A stretch of DNA of 63,883 nucleotides from Candidatus Eiseniibacteriota bacterium. Its GTDB lineage: Bacteria > Eisenbacteria > RBG-16-71-46. The notes beneath the pieces are model-generated. The model saw nothing but the letters and a program-made list of their open reading frames with translations. It searched no databases and was not told the DNA's origin. The translations under genes and the position numbers were made by a program. How positions within the stretch are numbered: the first letter of the stretch is position 1; the number at the start of each line of letters is the position of its first letter. The DNA lies in the NCBI GenBank assembly GCA_025357055.1, contig JANXPZ010000003.1:1-63883 (forward strand), written 5' to 3'. Below are positions 39,524 to 49,907 of the stretch, piece after piece.

Positions 39524-41700
39524 GCGGTCTTCTCCGTGCTCTCCACAGTGGCCAGGGGCAGGTGCACCGCGAACGTGGTGCCCGTACCGGGGCGGCTCTC
39601 GACGGTGATGGCCCCGCCCAGCGCCTCGACGATGCTGCGACACTGGCTGAGACCGACGCCCAGCCCGGCGGACTTGGTGGTGGCGAACGGACGGAAGAGC
39701 GACGTGCGGATGAACTCCTCACTCATGCCGCGTCCGCTGTCCCGTACGCGAAGGACGAGCCTTTGCGCCCCGGCGGCACCGGACTCGAGCCCGGCGGCCA
39801 GTTCGATCTCGCCGGGGCCGCCGAGCGACTCGCGAGCATTCGTGAGCAGGTTGACGAGCACGCGCAGCGTGAGCCGGTGGTCGAGCGCGACCGTCTCGGG
39901 CCCGCGACAGTCGAGCCGGAAGCGCACGTCCGTCGCGGTCGCGCCCGCCCCGCCCAACCCGCTCGAGGCAGCCGCCTCCTCCAGCAGGCCCTTGAGTTCG
40001 CACGGCGCCAGCTTCAAGTCGGTGGGCCCCGCCATCCCGGCGACCTGGTTCATGAGCTGCGTGAGGCTCGCCACGGTCCCCTCGACGGTCTTCAGCGCGT
40101 CGCGCTGGAAGTCGGGGTTGTCCATGAAGCGGCGCGCGTTCTGGACCACGAGCGAAAGGCCCGAGATCTGGTTCTTGATGTCGTGGAGCACGTAGCTCGA
40201 GAGCCGGTTCAGCGATTCGAGCTGCCGCGTCTCCGCCAGCTGCTCCGCCAGACGCGCGAACCAAAGGGCCGCGCCGAGCTGGCGGGTCAGGGCGCCGAGG
40301 AACTCGGCGTCTTCGTGCGTGTAGCCCTCGTCGTCGCGCTTCTCGGAGAGCCACAGGAGCCCCACCACGTTCTCGCCCGCCTGCAGCGGGGCGCACACCG
40401 CGGCCGTCATCGCCTGGATGGCCGGCCGATTCTCGACCGCGATCGGGATCAGGTCCAGATCCCACCGCACGTCGTGGAACACCACCGGCCTGCGCGTGCG
40501 CTCCAGTTCGCGCACCAGCGCGTTCCCCGCTTCGATGACGGTCGGCAGGGCGGGCGGGCCGTGCAGCCGGCGGAACGGCGCCGCGGTGCCCGGCAGGCCC
40601 GGCAGCCGGTCGTCGCGCAGGTAGATGGCGGCCCGCTCGGCGCCGAAGATGGCGCAGACCAGCACCTCCATCTGCCGCGCGACGTCATCGGGTCGCGCCG
40701 TCGGCACGATGCCCGCGCTCACGCGCTCCCATTCGCGCCGGTAGTCGTAGCGATTGGCGTAGAAGTTTCGGTCCACGAAGCGCTTCACCGCGCGGTTGGC
40801 ACGCGGGCTCAGGGTCAGCAGCAGCCCACCGCCCCCCGCGAGCAGGTAGAAGGCCAGGCTCACCGCGCGCTTTGCCTCGGGCGAGAGCACCGGGATGACC
40901 TTCGAGAGCACCGCCATCAGGAGCAGGAAGGCACCGGCCAGGGTGAGCGAGACCGAGGAGTAGTAGATGACCGGCCGGGCCACCGGCACGCTCATGTCCG
41001 AGAGGCGTCGGCGCGCCAGCGCCAGGGCGGTGACCGTTCCCGCCACGAACATGGGCACCGCGCTCGCCGCCAGCCACGACACCCAGAGTCCGCTGAAGAG
41101 CAGCCCTCCCGAGACCAGCAAGACCTCGCTCAGGATCCCCACCAGGAACGCGACGAACAACGGGCGCAGCACGCGCTGGGAGGTGGCCGGGGCGATGCGC
41201 AGCATGCGCTCGAAGTTCATGAGCACCCCCACCATCACGACCACCAGGTACATGAGGTAGATCTTGCCCAGGGGACCGAACCGGATCACCGAGTCACCGC
41301 GCGCGCCGGTCACGTCGCTCACCACCCAGGTCGTGCCGGCGACGCCCCACAGGACCGCGCAACCCACCAGCGCCAGCGTGAGGTAGGCACCCGCCTCACG
41401 GACCTGCTTCCACGGGTCGGGCCGCGCCAGTACCACGCTGAGCGCGAGCCAGAGCCACGACGCCAACGCCGAGACCTGCGCCAGATACGTGGCCCAGGTG
41501 CGGGCCGTCAGTGCGGAATCGGCGTGCATGATGCTCAGCGTCCCGGCCTGGAACGCCGCCATGCTGAGGAACGCCGACGAGAACAGCAGGGTCACCAGCC
41601 AGTGCCCGCGCCGCAGCAGGGCGAGCAGCCCGATCATCGCGGCGAGCAACGCGCTCGCGGTGACGAGACTGGCCTGGAGCGGCAGGTACGTCAGATTCAA
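39520..41700 (-). CDS. prsK: Polytopic sensor histidine kinase (PEP-CTERM system kinase PrsK-like by context)
   Basis: 726 aa. TTG start with AGGAGGA 5 nt upstream. About 8 or more N-terminal transmembrane segments, GAF-like region, H-box LSSYVLHDIKNQISGL, ATPase N/G boxes VNLLTNARES, DSGRGM, GLGVGL. Confidence 0.75.
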
Positions 41701-41709
41701 GGTGTCCTC

Positions 41710-43245
41710 CTATCGCGGCGGGCCGGCCATACGGTCCACCGCGGCGCGGGCCTGGCGACGCAGCTCCGGAGCCACCGCCCGGGCGGCGCCCGCCCGGTAC
41801 AGCTCCAGTGCCAGGTCGGTGTCGTTCAATCGCTTCTCCGCCTCTTCTCCCGCTCTCATCAGGAACCCGGCGTCGAGCGCTGCTTCGGGATAGCGCCGCA
41901 GAAGCGCGGCCAGCGCGCCGCAGCCGCCGCGGATGTCCTCGGTCTCGAACAGCAGGCGCGCGCGGGTCTCGCCCGCCCGCACCTGCACGCCATCATCCTG
42001 CTGACTCGCGATCAGCGCGTCCAGCGCCGCCAGCGCGTGCCGCGCCTCCGTCAGCCCCAGAATGCGCTCACCCCGTCCCAGGTGGTGACGAACCACGCGC
42101 ATCATGGACTCGAAGGCCAGCGGGTGGGTCGGCACGGCGCTCACCAGCGCATGGTACTCTCCGCGGGCCTGGTCCCAACGGCCCAGGTCCTCGAGCAGCC
42201 GCGCCCGCCCGAAGCGGGCCTCGGCCGCCTTGTCCAGGTCCCCCGAGTCCTCCTGGACGATCCACTCGTAGGTCTGCAGCGCCGAGTCCGGGACGCCGCG
42301 GGCCCGCCAGGCCTGCGCGGCGACCAGCAGGGCCGCCGGGCGCTGCGCGCCGCCGAAGTCGCGCGCCGCCCAGTCCGCGTAAACCAGCGCCGTGTCGGGC
42401 AGCGCGCTCTCGAGCGCCTGGGCGGCCAGCCTCAGCACCAGCCACGCGGCCAGCGGGGCCGCCGCCGGTTCGGCGAGCGCCTGCCGCAACGCCAGCCGCG
42501 CGCCGGCCGCGTCCCCCCGGGCCGAGCGGGCCTCGCTGACGCGCACCCACAGCCCGGGCGCGGCGGGGAGGCCGCGTCGCGCAGGCAGCAGCAGCAGGCA
42601 GGCCGCCTCGGCAGAGCGCAGCACCGAGTCCGCGCCGGTCCCATCCCCGCGCGCGCGCCGGTCACGGGCCACGAGCACCGACGCGTCCAGCACCGCTTCG
42701 AAGATCGTCCCCGTGCGCGGATCGACCGCCGGGTAGTCACGCGCGATCTCGCTCCAGGCCGCCTCCGCCTCGGCCGCGCGCCCCCAGCCCGCCAGCAGGT
42801 TCGCCCGGGCCACCGCGGCTCCGAGCGAGACGGTCGGGACCGCCGCGTAGTCGCGGCGCGCGCGGTCGTATCCGGCAACGGCCGCCTCGCGGCGATCGTG
42901 AAGGACCTCCAGCCGGGCCCGCGACAACGCAGCGCGACCCGACGCCTCCAGCACGTCGAAGGCCATCACGTCGCCGGCGCGGACCCGCGCCGACCACGCT
43001 TCCGCCGGGAAGCTCGTGACGACCGAGCGGCACGCCGCATCGGCCCGCGCCCAGTCGCCGGCGCCGGCCAGCAGCGGGTTGATCTCGATGCGCTCGACCG
43101 CGCGTTGCGCGCGCCACGCCCCGCGCTCCGCGCGCCAACGCGCCCAGAACCTGGCATCACCACAGCCCGACACCAGCAGCGCCAGGCCCAGCAGGGCGGC
43201 CACCTGCCCCCGGCCGCGGGCGGACGGACGAGCGTGCACGCTCAT
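41710..43245 (-). CDS. TPR-like lipoprotein of the exosortase locus
   Basis: Track ORF over-extended to 44133. ATG at 43245 preceded by GGAGGAGGA. Lipobox LLVSG|C. Ala/Arg/Leu-rich helical repeats throughout. Confidence 0.6.
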   Translation of the reverse strand: MSVHARPSARGRGQVAALLGLALLVSGCGDARFWARWRAERGAWRAQRAVERIEINPLLAGAGDWARADAACRSVVTSFPAEAWSARVRAGDVMAFDVLEASGRAALSRARLEVLHDRREAAVAGYDRARRDYAAVPTVSLGAAVARANLLAGWGRAAEAEAAWSEIARDYPAVDPRTGTIFEAVLDASVLVARDRRARGDGTGADSVLRSAEAACLLLLPARRGLPAAPGLWVRVSEARSARGDAAGARLALRQALAEPAAAPLAAWLVLRLAAQALESALPDTALVYADWAARDFGGAQRPAALLVAAQAWRARGVPDSALQTYEWIVQEDSGDLDKAAEARFGRARLLEDLGRWDQARGEYHALVSAVPTHPLAFESMMRVVRHHLGRGERILGLTEARHALAALDALIASQQDDGVQVRAGETRARLLFETEDIRGGCGALAALLRRYPEAALDAGFLMRAGEEAEKRLNDTDLALELYRAGAARAVAPELRRQARAAVDRMAGPPR

Positions 43246-44087
43246 TCCTCCTCCCCGGGCTGGTCGGCCACGGCCCCGAGGTAGACCAGCGTCGAGCACC
43301 CCGCCAGCAGGAACGATACGGTGAGCGCCACGAGCATTTGTATTGCGGTGACCCAGCCGACGAGTTCGGGAGTTCCCCGGTCCACCAGCAGGCCGCTCCT
43401 CTGCCCCAGCCCATAGAGGGGCAGGAGGGGCAGCAGGGCCACCAGCCCGAGCAGGAGTGCCGCCCAGAAGCCGCGCGCCCAGGCCCGCGGCAGGCCTGCG
43501 AGTGCGCGCCACAGCCCGCGCCGCTCGAGCACGATCAGCGCAGGGAGGTAGAGGAAGAGCGCCTGCATCCCGACCACTCCGCCCAGGGTCGCGAAATAGC
43601 CGAGGCGCTGCACGAGCCCGCCCTGGCCGGCCAGCGCCCGATCGACGAGGCCGGTGAAGAGCAGCACCAGCAACTGGAACGGAAGCTGCGCCAGCACGAG
43701 CGTCAGGGCCCGTGGCGCGATCTCCGACCACGCCCCGCCGGCCGTCAGCGCCTCCCGGCGCCAGCGCGCGGCGAAGAGCCTCGTGCTCCAGCCCGTGGCG
43801 ACCGCGCCGACGATGGCGCCCATCACGAGATCCACGCGCGAGTACAGGAACGGGAGCGCCCGGTAGAAGCCCGGGTAGTGGAGCGCCGGCTCGCCGCCGA
43901 TCGCACGCACGACCGGGGCCACCGCCCAGGCGAGCAAAGGATGGGCGAAACCCAGGAGCGCCAGCAGTACCGCGCCCTGGAGCACTCCGAGCACGAGCCA
44001 CGGCGTCCACAACCGGCCCGCGCGCGACTCGCGAAAGGTGTGCGACAGCGCCTGCCCCGTCAGCGACAGCTGTTCGAGCGTCTTCAT
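43242..44087 (-). CDS. Uncharacterised polytopic membrane protein
   Basis: ATG at 44087 (MKTLEQLSLTGQ). About 6 hydrophobic segments. ATGA overlaps on both sides (EpsI upstream, TPR lipoprotein downstream). No family recognised. Confidence 0.5.
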   Translation of the reverse strand: MKTLEQLSLTGQALSHTFRESRAGRLWTPWLVLGVLQGAVLLALLGFAHPLLAWAVAPVVRAIGGEPALHYPGFYRALPFLYSRVDLVMGAIVGAVATGWSTRLFAARWRREALTAGGAWSEIAPRALTLVLAQLPFQLLVLLFTGLVDRALAGQGGLVQRLGYFATLGGVVGMQALFLYLPALIVLERRGLWRALAGLPRAWARGFWAALLLGLVALLPLLPLYGLGQRSGLLVDRGTPELVGWVTAIQMLVALTVSFLLAGCSTLVYLGAVADQPGEEE

Positions 44088-44722
44088 CGGCCCGGCCTCC
44101 GCTCCGCCGCGGCGAACACCCCGGGCAGCGCACGCGCCACGCGCGCGGTGAGATCGTCGAGCGCCGCCGTGGTCACCCTCTCGCCCCCCTTCCCCAACCG
44201 CATCTCGATCCGCACGAACGCGCCCCACGAGCGGTTGTCGAGCGCCCCCGCCAGCGCCATGCTCTGCCGCAGCGCGTCGACGTCCGCCGTGACCAGGCCG
44301 CGGGTCGTCCACCAGTAGTACACCAGCCGCCGCTCGCGCGGGCGCTCCGCGCGGAACACGTTGACCTGGAGTCCGTCCGGGCTGCCGTCCGCCACGCGGC
44401 GCAGGCCCAGCGGCGCCAGCAGGTAGCCCTGCGACTCATAGCACAACCGGGGATCGTGTGCCCCGTAACGACGATTCTGGTGGTAGACGATGGTGAGCCA
44501 GGCCACCTCGTCCCCCAGGACATAGCGGCGCACGAGCACGTCGTCCGCTTTGAGCTCCTCGAGCACGGCATCCTCGAACGAGAGGTCCGTGCCGTTCCAG
44601 TCGCCGAACACGGCCGGACAGGACGCCAGCGCCCCGTGGCCCACGGCCAGGTCGGGCGGCGGGTGCAGCCGCACGTAGGCGGCGGTGGCCGCGAGCAGCA
44701 CGAGGACGGCGAGGACCCTCAT
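44084..44722 (-). CDS. epsI: Exosortase-associated EpsI family protein
   Basis: ATG at 44722 (MRVLAVLVLLAATAAYV). FGDWNG, DDVLVRRY, HDPRLCYESQGY (EpsI-type Cys motif). ATGA overlap with the exosortase stop. Confidence 0.7.
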   Translation of the reverse strand: MRVLAVLVLLAATAAYVRLHPPPDLAVGHGALASCPAVFGDWNGTDLSFEDAVLEELKADDVLVRRYVLGDEVAWLTIVYHQNRRYGAHDPRLCYESQGYLLAPLGLRRVADGSPDGLQVNVFRAERPRERRLVYYWWTTRGLVTADVDALRQSMALAGALDNRSWGAFVRIEMRLGKGGERVTTAALDDLTARVARALPGVFAAAERRPGR

Positions 44723-45618
44723 GGCTGGCTCGTTTCCCGCGGCCGGCGGGGCTGGAGCAGCGCCCAGACCGCCAGCAGCCCGGCGAGCGAGAGGCCGTAC
44801 GTCAGGTAGCCAGACACGTCGTGGAACATCCCCAGCGCCTGCTTGATCCCGACGTAGTGCGCCATCAGCACCAGCAGGGTGAGACGCAGGGCGTTCCCCG
44901 CGATGGCCATCGGCACGGCCAGCAACACGAGCAGGGCGCGCCGCCACCAGCCCGAAGACAGCAACGAGGCGAGGAGCGCACCGGTCGCCAGCATCGCCAG
45001 CAGCGAGCGCAGGCCGCTGCAGGGGTTCTCGATCTCGAGCGCGCCGCCTGCGAGCCAGAGCGTCATGCCGCTGCGCTGCAGGGTCACCCCCAGCGCCTCG
45101 GAGGCGTGCGCCGCGACCCGCACGGCCACCTCCTTCAGGGCGAAGCTGAGCTGGTTCATCAGGATCGGCGGGAAGGTGAGCATGAACACCAGGTAGCCGA
45201 TGGGAAAGGCGAGCGAGCGCGTGAGCGGCCCGCCCAGGAGCGCGAGCGAGAGCCCGAAGAGCACCACCACGAACGACCACCCCTGCATGGTGAAGACGTC
45301 CGAGCGCACCCCCAGCACCTGGAGCGCGCAGGCGAAAGCCACGAGCGCAAGCCCGCGCCAGTCACCTTCCCGCGGCAGCGCGCGCAGACGCCCGCGCCGG
45401 GACACGACCAGCGCCAGGGACGCCAGCGGCACCAGTGGACCGTGGGAGTAATTGTCGTTCGTGGTCCAGATGGTCCAGAGCCCGGTGGCCGTGCGGTGAT
45501 AGATGAGCCCGAGCAGGAGCGCGACCAGCGCCGCGCTCGCGTACGCCACGGCGCGCCCATCCCGGATGCGTCCGGTCGCGGGCCCCGTCACGTCGGCCAA
45601 CCGGCTCGCGCGCTCCAT
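44719..45618 (-). CDS. Exosortase (EpsH/Xrt family transpeptidase)
   Basis: 299 aa. NDNYSHGPLVP, catalytic Cys context IENPCSGLRSL, NALR, FHDVSG. About 8 transmembrane segments. Confidence 0.8.
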   Translation of the reverse strand: MERASRLADVTGPATGRIRDGRAVAYASAALVALLLGLIYHRTATGLWTIWTTNDNYSHGPLVPLASLALVVSRRGRLRALPREGDWRGLALVAFACALQVLGVRSDVFTMQGWSFVVVLFGLSLALLGGPLTRSLAFPIGYLVFMLTFPPILMNQLSFALKEVAVRVAAHASEALGVTLQRSGMTLWLAGGALEIENPCSGLRSLLAMLATGALLASLLSSGWWRRALLVLLAVPMAIAGNALRLTLLVLMAHYVGIKQALGMFHDVSGYLTYGLSLAGLLAVWALLQPRRPRETSQP

Positions 45619-47432
45619 CAGTACACGCCGCGCGAGGAGAACAGCGCGAAGGGTGTGCGCAGCGCGATTCCCAGGTCGAGCCCGAACGAAAGATGCTCGA
45701 GGTACCAGCAGTCATAGGCCACCTTGCGATCCAGCGGGATGTCGTCGCGCCCGTGGATCTGCGCCCAGCCGGTCACGCCGGGCTTGAGCGCGTCCACGCC
45801 GGCCTGCTGGCGCAGCGCGACCAGGTCGTGCTGGTTGTGCAGCGCAGGTCGCGGCCCCACCAGGGACATGTCTCCGGCCAGCACGTTCAGCAGTTGCGGC
45901 AACTCGTCCAGACTGGTGCGCCGCAACCAGCGCCCGACGCGCGTGACCCGGTCCGAGCCCGGCCCCATGAGGTGCGAAGCCAGGTCCGGCGTGCCCACCC
46001 GCATGGTGCGGAACTTGAAGATGACGAACTCGCACGAGGCGCGGCCCACCCGCCGCTGGCGGAAGAGCGCCGGCCCGGGCGAGTCGAGCTGGACCAGCAG
46101 CGCGACCGCGACGAGCAGCGGCGAGAGCACCACGAGCAGGACCCCGGACACGGCCACGTCCACCGCGCGCTTGGCGACGCCGCCGGGCCCCGCCGGCCGG
46201 TGCGCCACCTCCCGCCCGCGCGCCAGCCGCAGGACCTGCTCCAGCAGGGTCACGAGCTTCGTCCCCACCGCGCGTCGCGAGTAGCGCTCCTCGACGAACG
46301 CGGGCCCGGCCGCACCCAGGGCCGCGCGCCGCGCCGGGTCGTCCGCGAGGGCCACGAGCGCATCCGCCAGGGCCGCATCATCACCCGGGGGCACGACCAC
46401 TCCCCCCCCCGACTCCTCGATCACGCGGGCCGCGTCCCCGCTCACCGCGGCGACCACCGGGCGTCCGCAGGCCAGGTAGTCGAAGAGCTTGACCGGGATG
46501 GTCTCGCCGCAGAAGGGGTGGTCCCGCGTGGTCGCCACGCACACGTCGGCCGCGTGGATCTCCCCGACCAGCCGCTCGGGTGCCACGCTCGGCCGGAACT
46601 CGACCTGCCCGAGCCCGGCCTCGCGCGCGCGCCGCTCGAGCGCGGGCTTGGCCACGCCGTCACCCACCAGCAAGAAGCGCAGGTCCTTGCGCCCGCGCAG
46701 GCGCTCCGCGGCGTCGAGCAGCACTTCCATGCCGTGGATCAGGCCATGCGTGCCCGAATACAACACGAGGAGCGGCTGGCCGGGAGCCCGGTCCCGCCCG
46801 GGCGGAGCCGGGCGGAACAGATCGGTGTCGGCACCGTTCGTGACGAGCAACAGGCGGCCCGCATCGAGGCCCGCCCGCTCGAAGGCGCGCAGCATCCCCG
46901 GCGTGACGACCAGCACGCGCGCCGCGCGGCGCTGGAGGAAGCGCGCAAGCCTCTCGAGCACGCGCGTGGCGGTCCCGGCGCGCATCTCTCCCAGCGCCAC
47001 GGCCGCCGCGGGCCAGTCATCGCGGCAATCGAACACCAGCGGGACGCGGTGCCAGCGCGCCGCGAGCCAGGCGGTCACTCCCAGGAAGAGCGGCGGCATG
47101 GTCGCCAGCACCACGTCGGGCCGCGGCCCGGCGAGCGCGGGACCTAGCGCGGAGAGCGCGAAGGACAGGTGGTTCCAGAGGCGCGTCACCGGTGTCTTGC
47201 GCGGCGTGGCGTGCAGCCACACGCGCTCGATCGCCACTCCCCCGACCCGCTCGCTGGCACGACGTACGCGCTGATAGGCCGACTGCACCACTCCGGACGG
47301 ATGGTTCGGCAGGCCCGTCACCACGCGCACCTCGTGCCCGGCACGTTCCAGCGCGCGCGCGAAGTGCAGCGCCCGCGCGGGCGCCGCCCCGGTCTCGGGT
47401 GGGAAGTACTGGGTCACGAACAGCACGCGCAT
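45618..47432 (-). CDS. Fusion protein: GT4 glycosyltransferase plus small monotopic phosphoglycosyl transferase (bacterial sugar transferase domain)
   Basis: ATG at 47432 (MRVLFVTQYFPPETGAAP). GT4 body, then a re-entrant helix (VAVSGVLLVVLSPLLVAVALLV), FRQRRVG, FKFRTM, and LDELPQLLNVLAGDMSLVGPRP with the canonical Asp-Glu. Confidence 0.8.
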   Translation of the reverse strand: MRVLFVTQYFPPETGAAPARALHFARALERAGHEVRVVTGLPNHPSGVVQSAYQRVRRASERVGGVAIERVWLHATPRKTPVTRLWNHLSFALSALGPALAGPRPDVVLATMPPLFLGVTAWLAARWHRVPLVFDCRDDWPAAAVALGEMRAGTATRVLERLARFLQRRAARVLVVTPGMLRAFERAGLDAGRLLLVTNGADTDLFRPAPPGRDRAPGQPLLVLYSGTHGLIHGMEVLLDAAERLRGRKDLRFLLVGDGVAKPALERRAREAGLGQVEFRPSVAPERLVGEIHAADVCVATTRDHPFCGETIPVKLFDYLACGRPVVAAVSGDAARVIEESGGGVVVPPGDDAALADALVALADDPARRAALGAAGPAFVEERYSRRAVGTKLVTLLEQVLRLARGREVAHRPAGPGGVAKRAVDVAVSGVLLVVLSPLLVAVALLVQLDSPGPALFRQRRVGRASCEFVIFKFRTMRVGTPDLASHLMGPGSDRVTRVGRWLRRTSLDELPQLLNVLAGDMSLVGPRPALHNQHDLVALRQQAGVDALKPGVTGWAQIHGRDDIPLDRKVAYDCWYLEHLSFGLDLGIALRTPFALFSSRGVY

Positions 47433-47446
47433 GCGCCGCCCTCCGC

Positions 47447-48328
47447 TCACGCCCCGGGCCGCGCCACCGCGGCGACCATCAATTGCCGGCGCGCGATGCG
47501 CCCACCCAGCCACCATTGCATCTGGAGCGGCCGCAGCAGGCCCTCGTAGAGCGGCTCCGCGAGCACGCCCGACCCTCCCCAGTACAGCTCGTGGTGCACC
47601 ACCCGCAGGCCGTGCGACTGCAGCTCCCGGCGCAGCTCGCCCGGGGGGAAGGTGCGCTCGACCGCGTAGGCGGAGCGCTGGCCATCGGGCGCCACGTACT
47701 CCTGGTGAACCTCCTCGCGCACGCCGGCCAGACGCCGCAGGTGGCCCGGGTGCGAGCCGTTGATGTCGCCCACGACCAGCACGCCCCCCGGCGTGAGGTG
47801 GCTGCGGAGCTCATCGAGGAAACGCTCCAGCGGTTCGATGTGCGAGAGCGCGTTGTAGACCCAGACCAGGTCGTAGTCCGCGTCCCAGGCAGCCGTGAGG
47901 TCCGCGCGCGTACTGCGCACCGGGAGATCGAGCCCCAGACTCTGGCGGCAGAACACGAGGCGGCTCTCGGCCGCCTCGAGCCGGTCGGGCCGCAGATCCG
48001 CGCCCACGACCTCGGCGCCCACGGCGGCGAAGAGCATCGCGTAGGTCCCGAACCCGGAGCCCGCGTCGAGCACGCGAGGCCTGCGCCCCGTGGCCTCGTG
48101 GCGCTGCATGATCCAGCGCGCCACCCAGCCGGCCTCGGAGCGCCACATCCCCCGCCGATATCGCGCGAACGCCTTCGGGTCCAGCAGTCCCGGCAGCTTC
48201 CTGTAGTAATCCAGGAAGGCCTCACGTCCGGCTTCCGGCAGGAACGTGGCTGCCGCCGGGTACTCGACCCGGATGGTCCACTCGAGCAGCCGCTCGAACG
48301 AGCGCCGTGCCTCTGTCGTCTGGCTCAC
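47447..48328 (-). CDS. Class I SAM-dependent methyltransferase
   Basis: Motif I VLDAGSGFG, post-I VVGADL. Start set to the GTG at 48328, with GGAGGA 4 nt upstream (start uncertain; track ORF reaches 48427). Confidence 0.7.
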   Translation of the reverse strand: MSQTTEARRSFERLLEWTIRVEYPAAATFLPEAGREAFLDYYRKLPGLLDPKAFARYRRGMWRSEAGWVARWIMQRHEATGRRPRVLDAGSGFGTYAMLFAAVGAEVVGADLRPDRLEAAESRLVFCRQSLGLDLPVRSTRADLTAAWDADYDLVWVYNALSHIEPLERFLDELRSHLTPGGVLVVGDINGSHPGHLRRLAGVREEVHQEYVAPDGQRSAYAVERTFPPGELRRELQSHGLRVVHHELYWGGSGVLAEPLYEGLLRPLQMQWWLGGRIARRQLMVAAVARPGA

Positions 48329-48770
48329 GATCCTCCGCCTTCCTGGTGCGGCCCCGGTGCCCGCGCGAACGCCGGCAGCCGCCAACCCGCTGTCTCCACG
48401 CGACCGCTTCGGCGTTCGGCAGCGCACCGACGGCGCGCCCCCCCGGCCGGCAGGTCCCTTCGATGCGCTCCTCTCGCGATTCGCGCCTGAACCCGGTCAC
48501 TCCGCCACAGTCCATCCACCCGCGGCCCTGGTCCCGTCCGCGACGCCGGGCCTCCCACGGCGGCACGACGTTCGCCCCGGCCTCCCTCGACGATCCGTTC
48601 GCGCGCTCGACCAGCCGGCCGCGCCGCATCACAGCTTAGCCCGAACCGGCCCCGCTGGCATCGGCCCCCCCGACGACCGACCGCCCCCTCCAGGGCAGTG
48701 CGCGAGCGGGCCCGGACGACCCGCTCGGAGCCGGAAATGAGCGGCTGCCCCGTGTCCCGGCGCTCGATCC

Positions 48771-49907
48771 TCACGCGTCCTTCCTGCGACGGCGCAGCGC
48801 CTGCCACAACAGCGGCAGATGGCGCGGCCTCACCGAACCCAGCAACCGCGCGACCCGGTCCCAACGGCCCTGCCGAAGGTACTGGCCGACGCAATCAAGC
48901 TCGTACCTCAGCAGGCGTGGCGCCGCCTCGCGGGCGAAGCGCTCGCGGGCGTCCTTGAGCCCCTCGGCAAGCCCCGCCAGGCGCTCGATCTGGGCGCGTC
49001 CGCGGGCCTCGTCCGGAGCCTGCGGCCAGCCGTCCGGATCCAGCGTGAGCGGCAGCACGTCCAGCCCGGGCTCGTCCGCCACGCGCACCGTGAAGACCGC
49101 GCTCTCGCGGCGCGTCGCGGACGCCACGCGCGCCTCGAAGTCCCCCGCTCGCGCGTCGAACACCACGTCGCCCAGGCTGAAGGCCGTGAGGCATCGTCCC
49201 GCGCGGCGCCAACCCTGCAACACGTGGGGGTGGTGCCCGAGCACGACATCGGCTCCACCGCGCTCCAGCACCTCCGCCAGTTCGAGCACGCGCGGTGGCG
49301 GGTAATCCACGTACATCGAGCCCCAGTGCACGCTCACGACCAGCACGTCGGCCTGCGCGCGCCAGCGCTCGAGATCCTCGCGGAGGATCGCGGCCGCCAG
49401 CGGCGCCGGGCCCGGAGTGCCGGCCCGCGCGCTCGCGTTCGAAGGCGCCGCGTAGGCCAGCAGGATCACGCGTTGCGAGCGGACGACCAGCTCGGCGGGG
49501 CGCCGCGCCGCCTCCAGGTCGCGGCCCGCGCCGGCGCAGGCGACCCCCGCGCTCTCACAGGCCGAGAGCGTGCGCTCGAGCCCTCGCGGGCCGCAGTCCA
49601 TGATGTGATTGTTCGCCAGGGCGAGGACCCGCACACCCGCGCGCGCCAGGGCCGGGAGCACGTCGGCGTCGTGGCGGAACTCGGGGGCACGCCCCGGGGG
49701 CACCTGGCCCGGCTCGGCCACGGGCATCTCGAGGTTCGCAAAGCCCAGGTCCGCGGCGCGCAGCGCGGGGGCGACCGCGGCGAAGACCTCGTCCCAGCCC
49801 TCGCGCACGGCGCGGGCACGGGCGCTGCCGATCACGCCCACGTCACCGATCGCAGCCAGGCTGAGGCGCACCGGCCCCACCGGCTCGAGCAGCCGCTCGC
49901 CGCTCAC
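48771..49907 (-). CDS. CapA-family (PGA_cap) metallophosphatase-like protein
   Basis: 378 aa. GFANLE, ALANNHIMDCG, VSVHWG, VLGHHPHVLQG. GTG start overlapping the upstream GT stop. Confidence 0.7.
   Translation of the reverse strand: MSGERLLEPVGPVRLSLAAIGDVGVIGSARARAVREGWDEVFAAVAPALRAADLGFANLEMPVAEPGQVPPGRAPEFRHDADVLPALARAGVRVLALANNHIMDCGPRGLERTLSACESAGVACAGAGRDLEAARRPAELVVRSQRVILLAYAAPSNASARAGTPGPAPLAAAILREDLERWRAQADVLVVSVHWGSMYVDYPPPRVLELAEVLERGGADVVLGHHPHVLQGWRRAGRCLTAFSLGDVVFDARAGDFEARVASATRRESAVFTVRVADEPGLDVLPLTLDPDGWPQAPDEARGRAQIERLAGLAEGLKDARERFAREAAPRLLRYELDCVGQYLRQGRWDRVARLLGSVRPRHLPLLWQALRRRRKDA

Noticed and set aside
39562-43284. A 1240-aa plus-strand ORF. Similar giant ORFs include 58346..62194, 59275..62166, 11877..14000 and 9381..10982.
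   Set aside because: The translations are Arg/Pro/Gly/Ala-rich low-complexity strings lying antisense or out of frame to genes with clear family motifs. They are typical stop-poor shadow frames of about 70% GC DNA.
48222-48894. Small ORFs in the EPS-locus gap, considered as possible PEP-CTERM substrates.
   Set aside because: None has a signal peptide or a C-terminal PEP motif, hydrophobic helix and Arg cluster. All are Arg/Pro-rich shadow frames.
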